Below are positions 1 to 12,654 of a DNA stretch of 64,000 nucleotides, piece by piece (position 1 is the first letter of the stretch; each line of letters begins with the position of its first letter). The notes beneath the pieces were generated by a model. The model was not told where the DNA came from. It worked only from the letters and a program-made list of their open reading frames with translations, and searched no databases. Origin of the DNA: Octopus vulgaris (lineage: Eukaryota); contig OX597817.1 in NCBI GenBank assembly GCA_951406725.2, forward strand, positions 156,798,001-156,862,000, written 5' to 3'. The position numbers were made by a program, and so were the translations under genes.

Positions 1-2790
1 GCGGGTGTGCCAAAACGCAAAACCCATTGTGATATCAGCGTTTTGGCGACCATTTCTGCTGATACATCAGATAAGGGCCAGGCTTCAGGCCATCGCGAAA
101 AACGATCTACGCAAGTTAGTAAATATGAATAGTTCTGCAAAGGTGGCAGGGGTCCGACGATATCGATGTGCACGTGCTGAAATCGTGCGTCGGGTTGCGA
201 AAATGAACCAATTGGTGATTTTATGTGCCGGTGGATTTTCGCTTTTTGGCACGCAACACAGCACTTGGTCCATTCTCCGATATCCTTGTTGATACTGGTC
301 CACACAAAACGGGTCGATATCAGCTTTTGAGTGGAGCGAATACCAGGATGTGACAGAGAATGCAGAGCGGAGAAAACTTCTCGACGATATCTCTGTGGTA
401 CATAAGGGCGTTGGTAACCAGTGGAGATATCACACTAAATATGAGCTGTGGATGATGGTAGCGGAACATGCTGAAATTTCAGAGATGACGAATTCCGGAG
501 CTTTAGAAGTTCTTCGTCATTCTCCTGGTCAGCTGCTATACATGCCAGATCAATTGTAGACGTGGTGTGGATAGCATTGATCTGCGCACATGAAAGTGCA
601 TCAGCTGCAAAGTTGGTCGTCCCTTTGATGTGGCGTATATCCATCGTGTACTGCGATATGAAGTCGAGGTGGCGATCCGGCTTGGTGTTAAATGCGTATA
701 CTAATGGCTTGTGGTCGGTGTATATGGCAAAATTGGTACCTTCTAGCATGTGACGGAAATGCTTAATGGCCAGGTATGCCGCTAATAATTCCCGACTGAA
801 TGTGCTGTATTTGGTTTCCGCAGGTTTTAACCGGTTAGAAAAGAAAGACAACGGCTGCCATATACCGTCAACAAGCTGTTGTAGCACACCTCCAGTTCCG
901 GAATCGGATGCATCAACGAGTAAACATCGTGGGGCGTCTGGTTTTGGATAAACCAACATGGTAGCGCTAGATAACGCTTTTTTCAGGGCAGCGAAAGAAA
1001 CGAGTTGATCTTCGGTCAGAGCTATATCTGCATTTTTGTAGGTTCGCTGACGTAGCAAATCCGTGAGCGGTTGCACTATTTCAGCGAGGTGGGGCACGAA
1101 CCGTCGATAGAAATTCGCTAGACCGAGATATTCCCTTAATTTGCGGAGAGATGTGGGTGGTGGAAAATCCACGATGGCCTTGACTTTCTCGGGAAGGGGA
1201 CGAATTCCATTCTTATCGACGATGTGCCTGAGAAAATGAAGGGAAGCAACTCCAAACAAACATTTAGTAGGGTTGATAACAACACCAAATTGACGGAGAC
1301 GTTCGAATAGCAGGTGAAGGTGTTGATTATGTTCTTCATCCGAGTTACTGGCCACGAGTATGTCTATGTAGGCATAGACGAAAGGCAAACCTCTAGTCAC
1401 CATGTTGATAAACCTTTGGAATGCCTGTGCCGCATTTCGTAAACCGAAAGGCATACGCAGGAATTCAAACATTCCGAAAGGTGTAGTAACTGCTGACTTT
1501 GAGATGTCCGCAGGTTTGACTGGGATTTGGTTATATGCTCGCACCAGGTCGATTTTGGAAAAGATGCGAGCTCGAAAAGTCTTGAAGAAAAGGCACCGGA
1601 TAGGCATCACTGATAGTGCTTTTATTCAGCGATCGATAATTGCCGCAAACCCGCCAATCGGCCGATGATTTTTTTGGGACGCAGTGTATCGGCGAGGACC
1701 AGTTGCTGCTGGAAGGGCGGATTATTCCGAGGTCGAGCATGTGCTGGAATTCCCGCTTGGAGACAGCCTGGAGACGATCAGGTGGTAACCTTCTGGGCCT
1801 TGCAGCAACAGGTGGACCGCTGGTTTTGATGTGGTGGGTAACGTCGTGTTTGATCGGCTGGTTGTGGAAAACTGGTCGAGCGACGTCTGGATATTCATTC
1901 AGGATGGAACTTTGACAAGTCGTTGTAAGCATTACAGTTGGGCTGACTGTGTCCATTCGAGCGGCTATACCGCGCACAGTAAGCTTGGTGGTGCTGTCGA
2001 CAAGTCATCTGTTCTTTATGTCTACCAGGAGACCGAAATGATGCAGGAAATCGGCTCCTAAGATAGGGGTCAGCAGTTTAGCGACGACGAATACCCACTG
2101 AAATGTGCGGCGTAGTCCTATGTTAGGGACTGATCCCCGTAGGTTGGAATGGGTGAATGGTTGACTGCCTGAAGACAGACTGTCTCTTTTCTTTTTCCAG
2201 AAGTGTTGGGGACTGGGATGATGCTGACTTCCGCACCTGTGTCAACCAGGAAACGCGTGCCTGCTACCCGATCGCAAACGAAAAATAGGCGACTATGTGG
2301 GTGCGAGCAAGGAACTTCCGTCGCGTTCAATTCCTGGCTGTGCCGTTTCCCGAACTGGGTGAGGAAAACGAGCACGGCACCGTACATTTTTGTGCCCGTG
2401 TTCCGAATGTTCGGTGGTACCAACACGTGTCATGTGAGTTGCGGGTAACACTGGGGCTTCGGGACCGTCTGCCATCTCGTCGCGATCGGCTGGTGCTTCG
2501 ACGCTGGGGACTAAGCTTTAGGGCCTGTATTTGGGCTGTGAGGATCTGTATTTGGAGGATCGCTGCGTCATTAATGCACACAAGTCTGAAATAACGGAAG
2601 AACTGGTTTGTGCATGGAAAGGATTGGTACTGGGAGCGGCTGGCGTCACCATCGATACCGTTGGATATTTGTGAGGTACTTCAGCTAGCTCCGCCAGTTC
2701 TTCAATGGGTGTATTTTCTCTGGTGGAAGCAAGAACAACTGGAGGGCAGACGCTGGAGAAAAAGCTGTTTGAAAATTAAACCAATGATAA
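1..2790 (-). mobile_element. Degenerate Ty3/gypsy LTR retrotransposon internal region (gag end, protease, RT, RNase H, start of integrase), running off the window start
   Basis: Frameshifted minus-strand ORFs: gag-like LFLQRLP...LAELAE (~2680-2770) and CWYHRTFG; protease FLVDTGAEVSII (2118-2426); RT IIRPSSSNWSSPIHCVPKK and [14 protein letters not shown]...MPFGLRNA; RNase H LLVDASD...[10 protein letters not shown]; integrase zinc-finger region CIARQ/KITNW near 85-303. The RT YxDD motif is reduced to YID, so inactive. Confidence 0.93.
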
Positions 2791-3189
2791 TCTAATAAAG
2801 CAGCTTCCAGTAAATCATCACATTTAACTGCTTTACCTAACATGCAAATAAAGCAAAGGATTTTTTTGCAGAAGAATAGTATTTTCAACAACTTTACATT
2901 TACATATTGCTGAAATATTCTGCTTTTGGGGTTTTTCGCTGAATGCTGTTCCCACATCATACTGAAATAGAGTTATGCACCTTGTTTATTAGTACTTGTC
3001 TAATTAGCAGCATTTATCAGCTTAATTTTTGTTAGATGTCCTTTAACACCAAGTCCTTTACATAGGATACTGGGAGCATTCTGAATAGCATTAGCGCCTC
3101 ACCAATAAGATTTCCCCTCTTATGTTGTTGAATACAATGCACATCCCCACACCCACCAGGATTTCTACAATCCTTGACTTAGTCAATAG

Positions 3190-4720
3190 GCCACTTGAGG
3201 TCAGCTTATTCCATGGATCCACAACCCGGACGGAGAAAGCCCCTCTCCTTCGATTGAGATGAAATCGTCGCAGATAGAGCTTTTCGGAATGACCCCGCAG
3301 CCGACGCTCTGGAGCAGGAGTGAAGAACAGCTCTTTCAAGAGGTTACACCTTCTGCTTATGATGCTGTGAGCAAGAATGAGATCTCCACAGCGTCGTCGT
3401 TTCTCTAAAGAATAAAGGTCGAGCATTTTCAGCCTTTCTTCATAAGACAAATTCTCGAGACCAAGAACCATGGAGGTAGCCAGCTTCTGGATTCTTTCGA
3501 GGTGCTGTATGTCTTTGAGGAGATAAGACGAGGCTTGAATCCCGTACTCCAATATGGGTCTCACCAGCGTGACAGAGCGGAAGGAATATGGCTGCTGTGA
3601 CCATTCCGAATGACTGCCGAATCAAGAACAGAATTCTGCGTGCTTTGTTGGCAGCATGGACGCACTGGGCTGAAGGCGAAAAGGAGGAATCCACCAAGAT
3701 ACCCAGGTCCTTTACCTGATCGGTCCTCTCCAGCAGCAGACGACCTGGCTCGAAATCAAGTTGAGTTGCAGGAGAGCCAACAGGCAGATGACAGCACTTT
3801 GACACGGTCAGACACAGGTCCCATTCGTTAGACCATCTCCAAATTTGGTGGAGGCATCGACGAAGATCCTCTATATCACCGCGAGGAGCGACCAGTTTGA
3901 CATTGTCGGCAAATAGAAGGGTGTGTTGCGTGAGGTCATCGGGCAAGTCATTTATGAAGACTAGGAACAATAAGGCCCAAGCACTGAACCATGAGGCACA
4001 CCACTGCTTGCACTGGAGACGTCGGACCGTGAACCATTTAACTTGGACTTGGAAGGAGCGATCTGAGAGAAAGGCACCAACCCATCGTACGATATCCGGA
4101 TGGAAACTATATGCTTGAAGCTTGACAAGTAATAGGCGGTGGTTTACTGAGTCAATAGCTTTGACAAAGTCCAATAAAACGATGTCAACAGCATCACTAT
4201 CATCGAGGATGCGCGTCACCAATTCTTCCATTACCAGTAAGTTGGTCAAGCATGAAGCCGTATTGGGAATCAGAGATAGAAGCCGTGTTTTGGAGGTGGA
4301 GCATCATACTATTCTTAAGGATGGTTTCAAACATCTTGCTGATTATTGATGTAAGGGAAACCAGTCGGTAGTTGAGCGGGTCTTCAGGGCTCCCTTTCTT
4401 GAAAATTGGGCAGATTATCGCTGTTCTCCAGTCCGCAGGTATAACACCCATCGTCAATGACATATTGAATACACGTGTTAAGGGCTCGCAGATGACCGGA
4501 GCCAACACTTTGATAACCCGTGGGTGTATGTTGTCAGGGCTGTGACCCTTGTTGACATCGAGGCCTTGAATAACGCGTTCGACTTCGTCCCGCGTGATGA
4601 CCAATCGAAGCATTGGAGGTACCGATCTATCAAATGGATGGGGTTCACGACTGTCATCTTGTTTGAAAATAGTTGAAAAAGCCTCGGCAAATAAATGACT
4701 GTTGATAAGGGTCCTCAATC
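3190..4720 (-). mobile_element. 5'-truncated CR1/L2-group LINE (RT domain and C-terminus), frameshifted
   Basis: ORFs 4200-4718 (IPADWRTAIICPIFKKG...NYRLVSLTS), 3440-4249 (LDFVKAIDSVNH, LLFLVFINDL, LFADNVKL) and 3091-3564 (RGHSEKL...FSVRVVDPWNKL, typical CR1-type C-terminus). Confidence 0.9.
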
Positions 4721-5049
4721 GATACGCCTGTTGAGTCTACCAACATTGCAATTTGGTTGTTCAAGCGGGGGCCAGGTCTTACAGTAGTTTAAATATTTGA
4801 CTAATGACTAATGTACCTGCAGATATCTATTCATAACTAAATCAAAAATCTATTAAGTGTCACTACAACAGTAGTAATAACTTCAACGCCACACTTGCTA
4901 ATAATCTCTTGTACTTTTTCAAAATGAATTAAATTAGACTTAAAAACTTCCAACTGTAACCGTGCTCACACTGGAGTTGGCTCCAAACTTATCTAAACAC
5001 AATACAAACAAAATCTCAAAACTACAACACCAGTTTAAATATACATAAG

Positions 5050-5055
5050 TTTATT
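5050..5055 (-). promoter_or_regulatory. RPS27A polyadenylation signal AATAAA
   Basis: tttatt on plus strand, 15 nt downstream of the TAA stop (5071-5073); short 3'UTR typical of ribosomal protein genes. Confidence 0.8.
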
Positions 5056-5070
5056 CCCACTGTTTACAAC

Positions 5071-5223
5071 TTACTGCCTCTCCTCTGGCTTATTGAAGAC
5101 ATATGTTAGATAGCATTTGCCGCAATAATGCCTATCAAAGTGTGAGGCCATAAACACACCAGCTCCACATTCCTCGTTGGGACACTCACGACGCAAACGA
5201 GTGATTTTACCATTTTCATCAAC
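5071..5223 (-). CDS. RPS27A: RPS27A last coding exon (S27a zinc finger)
   Basis: Acceptor ttgcag|GTT; translates [50 protein letters not shown]. Confidence 0.98.
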   Translation of the reverse strand, partial: VDENGKITRLRRECPNEECGAGVFMASHFDRHYCGKCYLTYVFNKPEERQ

Positions 5224-5729
5224 CTGCAACAAGCAAAAACAATCCATTTGAACATTGAAGTGAAATGGGTGAAAAACACTAAAACAAAAATTGGATCTAT
5301 TTAGTACAAGTCAGAGGCATTCAATTATGACAAATCTCTAAACAATTTCAACAATTATTCTAAAATATGCTGTTACACAGCATGTAGGGTCCACACTCAC
5401 AGAAAAAAAAAAAAGAAATGCCACAATGTGAATTCCTGCAGTCGGTCATCAATTTACATCTACTTTCCATTATAGTATAGGCCAGATAGGCTGTAGAATA
5501 AGTTGATTCTTGGAGTTCTATGACTGCATGCCCTTTCTAACACCAATCATTTTGCAGCAAATATCAAGTCCATTTTATTGTCACCAGCACTAGTATACAC
5601 AAAAGGCCTAATTAATTTCACTGAAAAGTGAACTCCAGATGTAAGCAGATGTAATATATATACATACATATACACACACACACACACACTATACAATTGC
5701 TTGCAAGTTTCAATAAGTATAGCTAAGTT

Positions 5730-5802
5730 GTCTGTGGATCAGAAACCCTAAGTTGTAATCATTAATCAGGTGAAACACGGAAGAACATCATTTCCAACAG
5801 AC
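5730..5802 (-). ncRNA. Intronic box C/D snoRNA, copy 1, LSU rRNA guide UCCGUGUUUCA
   Basis: Minus strand: terminal stem gtctgt(t)gga/tccacagac, C-like ATGATGT, guide TTCCGTGTTTCA, D' CTGA, C' ATGATTA, D CTGA. Same strand as the host gene. Confidence 0.85.
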
Positions 5803-6320
5803 ACTTGGTATCCTGAATAGTCTCATACATTAACAGCCGTGGCCTGTTACTGGAACTCACCAGTGACACCACTTATTTCCAGTCACACTGCATACTGTTT
5901 AATTACAAGGAAATGTAAATATTTTTTGCATTTTTACAATATTTCACAAGTAAACCTTAATATTTAGCACTCACGTTATATAAACATCCCAAAACCATGT
6001 CAAAAATATAGAAAATATTTCCTCAAATTATTGCATGAGGTCTGGCATTAGACCAGTTTACCTAATTTCTTTTTCACATGCACCTCAGTTGTGCAAATGG
6101 AAAAAAGGAAAGAAAAACTTTCATAACCAAAAATTGTTTCAAAAAGATTAACAGTATAATTGTCTTAAAATGTGAGGATAATGGTCACAATAGAATTTTC
6201 CGTAGCATCTAAATATATAAACTACCAAAATATGGTTTCACAATAAAAAGACTACTAGGTGATTTTGACCTCAGAATTCAATATGTAAGTCAATTCCCAT
6301 TCATGGTGAGACAGGAGCAG

Positions 6321-6608
6321 TAACCCATTCGTTACTATATTTCTGACCAAAATACACCCCTCGTGAGTTTCAATTAAATTCTAAAATAATCATGAATTTA
6401 GACTAGTTTCATTAAGCAACTAACTTTTTTATTTAACATATTAATGTGATATTTGGAACAATTAAAGGGTTCTTAATCAATTCTATTGCATAACTTTTGT
6501 CTCAAAGTGACTAATTACAGGTAAACTGAGCAAAAGGTAAAAACATAAAAAATTTGTTCAAGCATCACCATAGAAAATGAACCATCAGGTTAGTATCGAA
6601 AGAGTTAA
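6321..6608. mobile_element. Old piggyBac-type MITE
   Basis: Termini taacccattcgttac ... gtatcgaaagagttaa resemble the TTAA-CCCTTT family at 51375, 53063 and 56255. Confidence 0.6.
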
Positions 6609-6627
6609 AATATAGTTATTCAAATAT

Positions 6628-6703
6628 GTCTGTGGATCAGAAAGTGATCGTAATAATCATTATTCAGGTGAAACACGGAAAAAAAACATCATTTCCAACA
6701 GAC
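6628..6703 (-). ncRNA. Intronic box C/D snoRNA, copy 2 (same family as 5730-5802)
   Basis: Same terminal stem, C, D', C' and D boxes and identical D' guide. Confidence 0.85.
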
Positions 6704-7717
6704 TTCATAGCTACAATTTTCCATCCAGGCCAACATTAGCCTATTGATCAAAAGATGGGCAACTCTATAATAGTTCAATTGGGTATGCAACAAAATTTTG
6801 ATATAGAATTGTGCACATCACTAGATTATCAGTTGAATTTAATGCACAACAGAACAGGTGTACCATAAAGGTGTAATAAACTGAAATATAGGAATCCACC
6901 TAAATCCACTGCAAGTTTGACCAAACTAAAAAAAAAAAACTGTCAAAAATAATACACAGCCCTGGTTATGGTATGGAAGTCATTAAATTCCAGACCACAC
7001 CGTACCCTAGGCCATGCTGACTAACATTTTCCCTGTATAAAAACTAAATCCACAGCAGTACCCAGTATTTGCTTCACAAATTTTCCAAACTTTCATCCCA
7101 ATTCTTGGGCTTTCCTGGTCTATATTGTTCGTTTATATTCTGCATAACAGTTTGTTTCCAGTGATCGCTTCAAACAAGCATACTGAAAAAATAAAAGTCT
7201 AACAGTTTCGCTTCCTAAGAAGAACTATGGATAGACCCCCATCTCCTCAGAAAAATTGCTAACAAAAACACTTTGTTAAGTTTTTACTTCATTCCGATGT
7301 AAAATCCTATTCGTTCTCGTACACCACATGCTTTTGTACCTCATTCATTCTTTTCCTCGATATCTCCATATTTTCCATTGAAAAACCTTTAAATTCAGAA
7401 TCGTTGCTTGATAGCATGAAACTCCTATTCATTTTCAAAGTTCAAAACAAAAAACAAAAACGATACCGAAAAAAGGTGGAAAAAATCTCCCAAAATTCAC
7501 TACTGAGTTCAGATATCACATCAAGCAATGTTGGATACTATAACAACTATTTACAAAGTGAAATCACATATCTTCACAAATGTACTAACAAGATTTGTGC
7601 TTAAATTCACATTTAAATAACAATGGGTTCTCTCTCAGCCAGGTTGGTCTTATGAGCCAAAACATTTTTTGGCCAGGTTAGTATCGAAAGAGTTAAAATA
7701 TACAGTCATTCAAATAT

Positions 7718-7791
7718 GTCTGTGGATCAGAAAGTGATCGTAATAATCATTATTCAGGTGAAACACGGAAAAAACATCATTTCCAACAGAC
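7718..7791 (-). ncRNA. Intronic box C/D snoRNA, copy 3 (recent duplicate of copy 2)
   Basis: Nearly identical to 6628-6703, within a ~185-bp duplication (6586-6775 vs 7674-7855). Confidence 0.85.
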
Positions 7792-8408
7792 TACAATTTT
7801 CCATCCAGGCCAACATTAGCCTATTGATCAAAAGATGGGCAACCCTATAATAGTTGTATCCAGCTTCTAAACAATCATCATAAGCCACACACACACACAC
7901 ACACAAAAAAAAACCTCTGCACGTGGTGATTGTGGAAGCAACCATTCAAATGTGAAAAAGTTTACACCACTGAGAATAAGTTTTCAGAAAAATTACCAAA
8001 ACAAAAAAGGGAAGCTATTACTTCGGTTATATAACCTACCATGAAAAATCAATTGAGATATTTAAAATGAAAAAAATTCTAGCTACAGTTGCTCCAACTA
8101 ACCTGATCAAATAGATTGGTACTATAGGTCTGAGCCTCATTGTAGCCAGTTAAAATAGTTTCTATTAAGAGCCATTTATCTATATTATCTAAGTTTTGTT
8201 TACTTTTTTAAATAAATAAATGAAGCAAGTTGTGTATGTATCAGAAACTATTAAGTGAAACACTGAAAACATCTAACAGCATTCTGGGACTATTGGCAAC
8301 TACATTTGCCCAAATCAACAAATTTACCTCCTTCCTATTGCAAACTTCAAATATATACAAAGTTTTAAAATCTTAAGAACTGAATATATACTTCCCATAA
8401 GCATTTGG

Positions 8409-8599
8409 GGTACTATTTAAGAAGAGTGGTCCCAGTGCATGCACTCATGCTAGCTAATCGTGACTGGTTGATCCTTACTTTGTTTAAAAAATTTTGTGTT
8501 TTATTTACTTTGCTAGGTAGTCATAGGATTGACTAGTCCCGACTAGCTAGCGCGGATGTGCGAGTACGCGCACCAGGACCACTCTTCTTAAATAGTACC
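8409..8599. mobile_element. 191-bp MITE with 9-bp TSD (Mutator-like)
   Basis: 24-bp perfect TIR ggtactatttaagaagagtggtcc; TSD agcatttgg at 8400-8408 and 8600-8608. Confidence 0.9.
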
Positions 8600-9359
8600 A
8601 GCATTTGGTTAACTTATAATTTGGGATTTTACCTTGTTAATTAAAATAGACAAGAACTATAACCAATGAATCAATGTTTAATTACACTAGAACTATCAAA
8701 GTGTCCGCATCTTCTATAGCAAAACTGGAAATCTTCGAACTTTGCATACTACAAATTGCTAATTATAAAAGGTTCACTTTGGCAAACCCAGAACAGCCAC
8801 AGCTAGATGGGAAAGTTAAAATGACAATTGTAAAATGCTTTCTGATTGAGCTATACAAGAAATGTTCAAGACATATATAATGTTATTTTACATCAATAGC
8901 TCCAAAAAGACAGCTCACGGGGTTAATAAAACAGCCTTGAAACAAAATAAAATGCAATTATTTGCAAAAATTTTAATCAATATTCTGGTGAAGCACTTAT
9001 CTTAAAGGTTAAGTGATACTGATACTAAACATACCCATAGAAGACTTAGGTACAACCCACCCTTGGTTCCATGATCAAACCTTTTAACTAAATTCCAGAC
9101 TTAACACCTGCTTAATCAATGCCTGCTTTCCATGCTGGTACGGGTTGGACAGTTTGGCATTGAGCTGGCCAGACACCAACTACCTGTTGTGGCATCGTTT
9201 CTACAACTGGATGCTCTTCCAAACACCTATCAATGTGCTAGAATGAAATAACAGTATAAGCTAATTTGGGGGTTCTAGCAATCATTCAGACCAGATTTGT
9301 TTTTCGTCAGAAACATATTTGAAGAGTTAGTCAGAAGGTTATATATGAACAATTTGCTA

Positions 9360-9653
<294 letters not shown>

Positions 9654-9716
9654 TTAGTGAAATTCCATCTTCAACACACACCACCTGCAATATAGAAAGA
9701 ATCATTAAATACTTAC

Positions 9717-9771
9717 CCTCCTTATCTTGAATCTTTGCCTTGACATTTTCAATAGTATCACTGGGTTCGAC
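9717..9771 (-). CDS. RPS27A: RPS27A coding exon 2
   Basis: tgtag|GTC GAA CCC... VEPSDTIENVKAKIQDKE(G); donor G|gtaagt; 55 nt. Confidence 0.99.
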
Positions 9772-9889
9772 CTACATTGAAAAAATATTTTTTTTTTAGC
9801 AATGATTACCATAGCAGTAATTTCTTACTTTATCAGATTAACATAATTTCCTTTTATTGTATGACATTTAACAATGCTAATCTGAACAT

Positions 9890-10276
9890 TTGGAAGCACT
9901 CCGTCGGTTACGACGATGAGGGTTGCGGTTGATCCGAATCAACGGAACACCCTGCTCGTGAAATTAACGTGTAAGTGGCTGAGCACTCCACAGACATGTG
10001 CACCCTTAACGTAGTTCTCGGGGATATTCATTGTGACACAGAGAGTGGCAAGGCCGGCCCCTTGAAATACAGGTACAACAGAAACAGGAAGTAAGAGTGA
10101 GAGAAAGTTGTGGTGAACGAGTACAGCAGGGATCACCACAATCCCCTGCCGGAGCCTCGTGGAGCTTTTAGGTGTTTTCGCTCAATAAACACTCACAACG
10201 CCCGGTCTGGGGATCGAAACCGCGATCCTATCACCACGAGTCCGTTGCCCTAACCACTGGGCCATTGCCCCTCCAC
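9890..10276 (-). mobile_element. tRNA-derived SINE, family B, full length, in RPS27A intron
   Basis: tRNA-like head with A box tggcccagtggttagg and B box ggtttcgatccc; TSD aatctgaacat; near-identical copies at 33741-34125 and 54634-55021. Confidence 0.9.
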
Positions 10277-10872
10277 AATCTGAACATATATGTAACTTAG
10301 AATACGCATAAAATTTTTGTTAGTTCAACAGACCACACTTCTGAATGTACCATAATGATGCCTAAAATGACTTACTTTTCAGCTATACAAATTTGAACCA
10401 ATAGGCAACTTATGTACTTTTTAAAAAATTGAAACTGAGTTACTACTGATAATTGTAATGAAGCATGTAAAACAGAAATTTGAAATATTTTTGTATCTAA
10501 TTTGCACATTTGAAATTTAAAATAATTAGTAAATTTGATTTAGATGTTGGAACTGTTATAAACAGAACACCATGGTTGATCAGTTTTAGTTACAAAACTT
10601 GAGGTTAGTTATACACTAATTGAATTTTGAAATTTAAAAACTATCTTAGACAAAATTTATGCTGAAAGCATTGTGCAAACGGACTACATTACACATTTGA
10701 TATACTTACATTTCTCTTCAGATTTGTTTTTGCTGGCCCTACAACGCAATGTCCCCATATATATTGAACACCATTTTAGCATAGGCTAAGATTGAAAACT
10801 AGCAAATACCAATTGCTACAAAAATTGATAGCTAAAACCTAACAATGAAATAAATAAAAGTAGGAAATGTCA

Positions 10873-10940
10873 TTGCTCAGAACATATAACTTAATACTAA
10901 TCACAGACTTCAGAAGTGTCCCAAGTGGTCATCACAGCAA
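10873..10940 (-). ncRNA. SNORD58(U58)-like box C/D snoRNA, copy in intron 2
   Basis: ttgct-GTGATGA-ccacttgggacactt-CTGA-agtct-GTGATTA-...-CTGA-gcaa. Guide CUUGGGACAC matches the U58-type antisense to LSU rRNA GUGUCCUAAG (family assignment from memory). Confidence 0.85.
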
Positions 10941-11342
10941 TAATTTCCTACATTTACCTTTTTTTTTTGTAAATTATATAACCTTTTCAATACAAATATT
11001 ATCTGTACTGCAGATAGTCCTCAATATTTATTTCTAAATATTCAAAGCATTTCTGAGAGCATTGTGCTAACAAGGACTACATTACACATTTGATTTATTT
11101 ATAAAACCTAGATTTGTGTAACAAATTAAATAAGGTGACAAAATTACACACGAATAGAAGCCAGCACATTTTGGAGTTCTGTATTTTGAACATTGGCTAC
11201 TAAGCTAATGCTAATTGTGTGTTACCAATGAGAAATAGACTCCACTTGCTACAAGTCCAAATCCACCTATATCATAATGTTACCACATTAACCAAACAAC
11301 TATATGCAAACCTTTATTGCTGTTTAAATTTTGGTAACTTAC

Positions 11343-11390
11343 CTCAAGTGTGATGGTCTTGCCAGTAAGGGTCTTTACGAAGATCTGCAT
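11343..11390 (-). CDS. RPS27A: RPS27A first coding exon (exon spans 11343-11402 including UTR)
   Basis: ATG at 11390-11388, MQIFVKTLTGKTITLE; donor GAG|gtaagt; acceptor ttttgcag| at 11403-11404. Confidence 0.99.
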
Positions 11391-11963
11391 GTTTAGCAAC
11401 CACTGCAAAATAAAACAGTTAAAAATTTGAGTGAGCTAAACCTAACTGCTCTTATAAGTGTAATAAACAACAACAGCCTAAAATGGGCATGTGAACAAAA
11501 AGTGCAACAGGTTAGCAAAACCATGGGGTGTGTACTTTGCTTTTAAACTACCGCAGAAAATGATTCCAACCCTTTAGCATTTACACTATTCGTATTCATC
11601 CCAAATATCTTGCCTGTTTTATGATCAAAACAATTAGATCTAGCTTCTTACACGTTCCTTACAATGTTATTCCAAAAACAATCACTCCATCTAAATCTCA
11701 AAGTTACAATGCATAATTCAAAACAGTGCGACTAAATAAGCATCACATTTGGCAATCTCAATGCAAACCTGTAGTCCAGTTTAAAGGATTTTATTATTAA
11801 ATTTTAGGTATCCGACATTACTTACATTTCTCTTCAGATTTGTTTTTGCTGGCCCTACAACGCAATGTCCCCATATATATCATTGAAAACTAGCAGATAC
11901 CAATTGCTACAAAAATTGATAGCTAAAACCTAACAATGAAATAAATAAAAGTAGGAAAAATCA

Positions 11964-12031
11964 TTGCTCAGAACATATAACTTAATACTAATCACAGACT
12001 TCAGAAGTGTCCCAAGTGGTCATCACAGCAA
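11964..12031 (-). ncRNA. SNORD58-like box C/D snoRNA, copy in intron 1
   Basis: Identical boxes, guide and stem to 10873-10940. Confidence 0.85.
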
Positions 12032-12654
12032 TAATTTCCTACATTTACATTTTTTTTTTGTAAATTATATAACCTTTTCAATACAAATATTATCTGTACT
12101 GCAGGTAGTCCTCAATATTTATTTCTAAATGTTCAAAGCTAAATGAACTGGGCTACTGCTGGTATTGTGCCCTTAACACAAACATTTCTATTCAATTTCT
12201 TCTGCTCTTGTTGAATAATTGTCTACAAACTCCATCTAAATCATTATACCCAGTTACCTCTACAGTGTTTTTCTTGCATCCATCAACTTTCAGCCAGTTA
12301 AGAAGAATATTAATTACAATTTCATAAGAATTGGTAAGAGAGCAAACACAGCACTTCCACTAAATCCACTAAACTAAAAAAGGTAAACTCAGGTTCTTTT
12401 GAAATCAAAATGTGTGAATACATTCTCACCCATCTGTTTCATGGTCTTCCATTTGTCACCTTTAAAGAACCTAATCTACATTTAAACTATTAAAATGGTC
12501 AAGAAAAATGTTTTAAGAAATTAATTGTTCAATAGCTCGAGTTCACTTAAGGGTCGTATATTTCTAGGAAGAGTAAGATGGAACTTTCTTGCAGTATATC
12601 CAGGAAATATTGCACTCCATTTTCCAGCACTTGCGTATCAATGATGGCTATTCA

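Noticed and set aside
6589-6595. Perfect branch point TACTAAC downstream of snoRNA copies 2 and 3
   Set aside because: It is a mutated MITE terminus (compare gttggtatcgaaagggttaa at ~53271), so it is not independent evidence of splicing.
10200-10276. tRNA-like sequences here and at 22240, 34050, 44600, 54950 and family A heads
   Set aside because: SINE heads attached to repeat bodies with TSDs; no complete cloverleaf.
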